DNA of 64,000 nt from Candidatus Omnitrophota bacterium (GTDB lineage Bacteria; Omnitrophota; Gorgyraeia; Zapsychrales; JAKLDJ01). A program made the position numbers and the translations under genes. Position 1 is the first letter of the stretch. Every line of letters begins with the position of its first letter. Below, one piece after another: positions 62,274 to 64,000 of this stretch. Where the stretch lies: NCBI GenBank assembly GCA_022703585.1, contig JAKLDJ010000006.1, positions 5,696 through 69,695 of the forward strand, in the 5' to 3' direction. The notes under the pieces were generated by a model, which saw only the letters and a list, made by a program, of their open reading frames with translations, had not been told where the DNA came from and did not search any database.

Positions 62274-63026
62274 TTATTCTTCGTGAGCCAAAAACAACGC
62301 AAAGTATATAGTCGAGAGCGTGCTAAAAACCAATGCCTGTACGGTGGTCGCGATAAGGACAAGCAACACGCTGAAAAAAAGAAGCGGTATCCCCGGGATT
62401 CCAAAGTTGGCCAGTGTTGCCAGGAGCATATCGTCTCCCCAGACATTGCTGCGAAGACGAAGCGAGAGGGTCAGAGGCTTGATTAATTCTGTCATCAAAT
62501 GCATGGCAAACATAAACAGAGGGAGGACGACCGAGAATGCCATGACGCCTCGGGGTTTCCCCATCAAATGGTCGATGTATCCGAGGATTCCAAGCTCTTT
62601 AAAGGCCGTGTACTGGACGTAAACAAAAACACAGATAGCCAGCGCGGCAGTTGTCGACCAGTCGGCGGTAGGTGATTTTAAAAATGGGATCAAGCCAATC
62701 AAGTTCATAAACAAGATGTAGATAAAAAGCGTGCCGATAAATGGAGTGAATCTTCTTCCTGTGGGCCCTAAAATTCCGCAAATAAAATCATCCATGCCGC
62801 CGACCAGAAGTTCAACCGCGCTCTGCAGCCGTCCGGGAATTGGTTTGGCATTTCGGCTGGCATAAAAGGCAATGCCGGTCAAGATTCCGGCGACTAGCAG
62901 AGAAAAAATAAGGCTTTCCCATAGGTACAGCGACTGGGAAAAAGGCGTTCCTTCAAACTTTTTTGCCAGAATCGTTACGATATTAGGGAACTCGGGAATG
63001 CTTACGCCTGTTTCGGACACAGCCAC
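62274..63026 (-). CDS. atpB: F1Fo ATP synthase subunit a
   Basis: A 250-aa polytopic protein with a conserved Arg in LTLSLRLRSNV... and the operon position. Confidence 0.9.
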   Translation of the reverse strand: MAVSETGVSIPEFPNIVTILAKKFEGTPFSQSLYLWESLIFSLLVAGILTGIAFYASRNAKPIPGRLQSAVELLVGGMDDFICGILGPTGRRFTPFIGTLFIYILFMNLIGLIPFLKSPTADWSTTAALAICVFVYVQYTAFKELGILGYIDHLMGKPRGVMAFSVVLPLFMFAMHLMTELIKPLTLSLRLRSNVWGDDMLLATLANFGIPGIPLLFFSVLLVLIATTVQALVFSTLSTIYFALFLAHEE

Positions 63027-63349
63027 AATCCTCCGATTGCTACAAAAATTGCCGATGCGCCCAGTCCGAGGCTAGCCAGGGGAAAGGCGCGGGAAATCAA
63101 GATGCCGAAGGCCAGTAAATACAGAAAAGGAAATTTGATTAATAGAATTCCCGGGAGTTTCTTTTTGTCCTGGGCGGTGATTGCCATTTTAATGATATGC
63201 GCGGTTAGGTATATGCTGGTGGTCATCCAAGCGGCGCCAATGACAAGCCCGGCTGACCAACGCCAATCCTGAAAAGTCAGCAGCATTAAAGCGGCCGTGA
63301 TAACGGCAATGGCGGTAAGCCGCATTGATTTTATTAACAAATGATCCAT
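63002..63349 (-). CDS. atpI: ATP synthase protein I (AtpI-like)
   Basis: 115-aa hydrophobic protein immediately upstream of atpB, overlapping it by 25 nt. Confidence 0.5.
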   Translation of the reverse strand: MDHLLIKSMRLTAIAVITAALMLLTFQDWRWSAGLVIGAAWMTTSIYLTAHIIKMAITAQDKKKLPGILLIKFPFLYLLAFGILISRAFPLASLGLGASAIFVAIGGLWLCPKQA

Positions 63350-63362
63350 ATCAGAGGGGATG

Positions 63363-63608
63363 CTAATCTTTTTTGTCCATTTTTATGATTAACCGGATAA
63401 TTCGGATTGTCTCGTTTACGCTTGCGATAAAACCGAATGCTGCCAAGAGAAAAGGAAGATGCGAGGGGAGGTTAAATCTTTTTTCCAAATACTCTCCCGC
63501 ATAATATCCTGCCAAAGGCCCCAGGGCTAAAATCGCGGGTATAAACCCGATAAACCCGCCGATTTTAATCCAGCTGTAAATCTGTTTCTTTTGTCTGTTC
63601 GGAGCCAC
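63363..63608 (-). CDS. atpZ: AtpZ/AtpR-like small membrane protein (ATPase_gene1 family)
   Basis: 81 aa with two TM helices and a basic N-terminus. It is the first gene of the atp operon. Confidence 0.5.
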   Translation of the reverse strand: MAPNRQKKQIYSWIKIGGFIGFIPAILALGPLAGYYAGEYLEKRFNLPSHLPFLLAAFGFIASVNETIRIIRLIIKMDKKD

Positions 63609-63913
63609 TAGTGCATCGTCAAATAATTTAATAGTTTATTGGGCACAGTACCCGCTCGATTTTCTAGAAAATAACTGAAACGAATTAATTTTGCGGGGTA
63701 CGGTTTTACTCGAATCAAGTTTACCTAACTTCATATTTTACTACAATCTGTGACTTCGTCACGATTTTTCATCTTTTTCTTTTTATCTTCAAGCCTATAC
63801 GGCGCAGATGCAGAATTATTCGATAACAGCATTGACAGTGCATCAAACATTTGTTAAATTCAAATTAGAACAACTCGAAATAGAAGGCATCGTATTTAGG
63901 CCACGTACATCCC

Positions 63914-64000
63914 ATGCCCAATTTAGGCGAAAACGCAGTATTCATTTTTATCACCCAGCTTGGTGTTATTATCTTTGCGGCCCGTTTCTGCGGAGAGGTT
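63914..64000 (+). CDS. Partial CDS: N-terminus of a cation:proton antiporter (CPA-family)-like membrane protein, continues off the right edge
   Basis: ATG at 63914 gives MPNLGENAVFIFITQLGVIIFAARFCGEV, which matches the typical Kef/NhaP-type first TM helix (L.QLAVILLAARLLGEL). Confidence 0.35.
   Translation, partial: MPNLGENAVFIFITQLGVIIFAARFCGEV

Noticed and set aside
62021-62446. Long 141-aa version of the atpE ORF
   Set aside because: Only the last 76 codons match ATP synthase subunit c. A GGAGGA RBS precedes the internal ATG at 62251, and the upstream extension looks like translated intergenic sequence.

Overview
This is a bacterial chromosomal window with moderate GC and mostly one-gene-after-another packing, probably from an uncultivated lineage. 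All calls below come from reading the ORF track and sequence by eye; no searches were run.

The first ~5.7 kb reads as a horizontally acquired accessory/defence island that looks lower in GC than the rest. On the minus strand it holds the N-terminus of an RM-type adenine methyltransferase running off the window (1-291), a MerR/Xis-type HTH gene, and a tightly packed operon of four small proteins, one of them SpoVG-like. A divergent AT-rich promoter region (2240-2505) then drives a two-gene module on the plus strand: a B3-like DNA-binding domain fused to an Mrr-cat-like PD-(D/E)xK nuclease (2506-3324), followed 12 bp later by an AlbA_2 (Schlafen-like) + HATPase_c_4 + winged-helix protein (3336-5057). 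I flag this pair as the most likely undescribed system in the window, a candidate restriction/defence module. The island is followed by a ~400-nt array of diverged ~150-nt structured repeats, each ending in a GC-rich palindromic terminator (5280-5680).

The rest is core-like:
- Early plus-strand genes: cstA, an LhgO-like FAD oxidoreductase, ferritin, a B12-binding radical SAM, and secreted low-complexity proteins.
- Membrane and envelope functions: MFS, APC and NSS transporters; an HtpX-like protease with an EF-hand-like loop; uppP; a PIG-L deacetylase; cspA with a long 5' UTR; an FKBP PPIase; OsmC; malQ; MarC; a HAD hydrolase; nadK; mutY; surE.
- A phosphorelay/c-di-GMP cluster: REC-HD-GYP, an Hpt-HK-REC hybrid kinase, REC, a CheX-like protein, Hpt and REC.
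- Central metabolism and nearby genes: gltA, pepA, an ACT protein, an NfeD-SPFH pair, fumC, PilZ proteins flanking a WG-repeat membrane protein, an AmmeMemoRadiSam radical SAM, xth, PspC, an NfnAB-like pair plus gdhA, a macro-domain protein and a PEBP protein.
- A complete F1Fo ATP synthase operon on the minus strand (atpZ-I-B-E-F-H-A-G-D-C), and the start of a cation/proton antiporter gene at the right edge.

No rRNA, tRNA or CRISPR array was seen. Several intrinsic terminators and sigma70-like promoters are visible.
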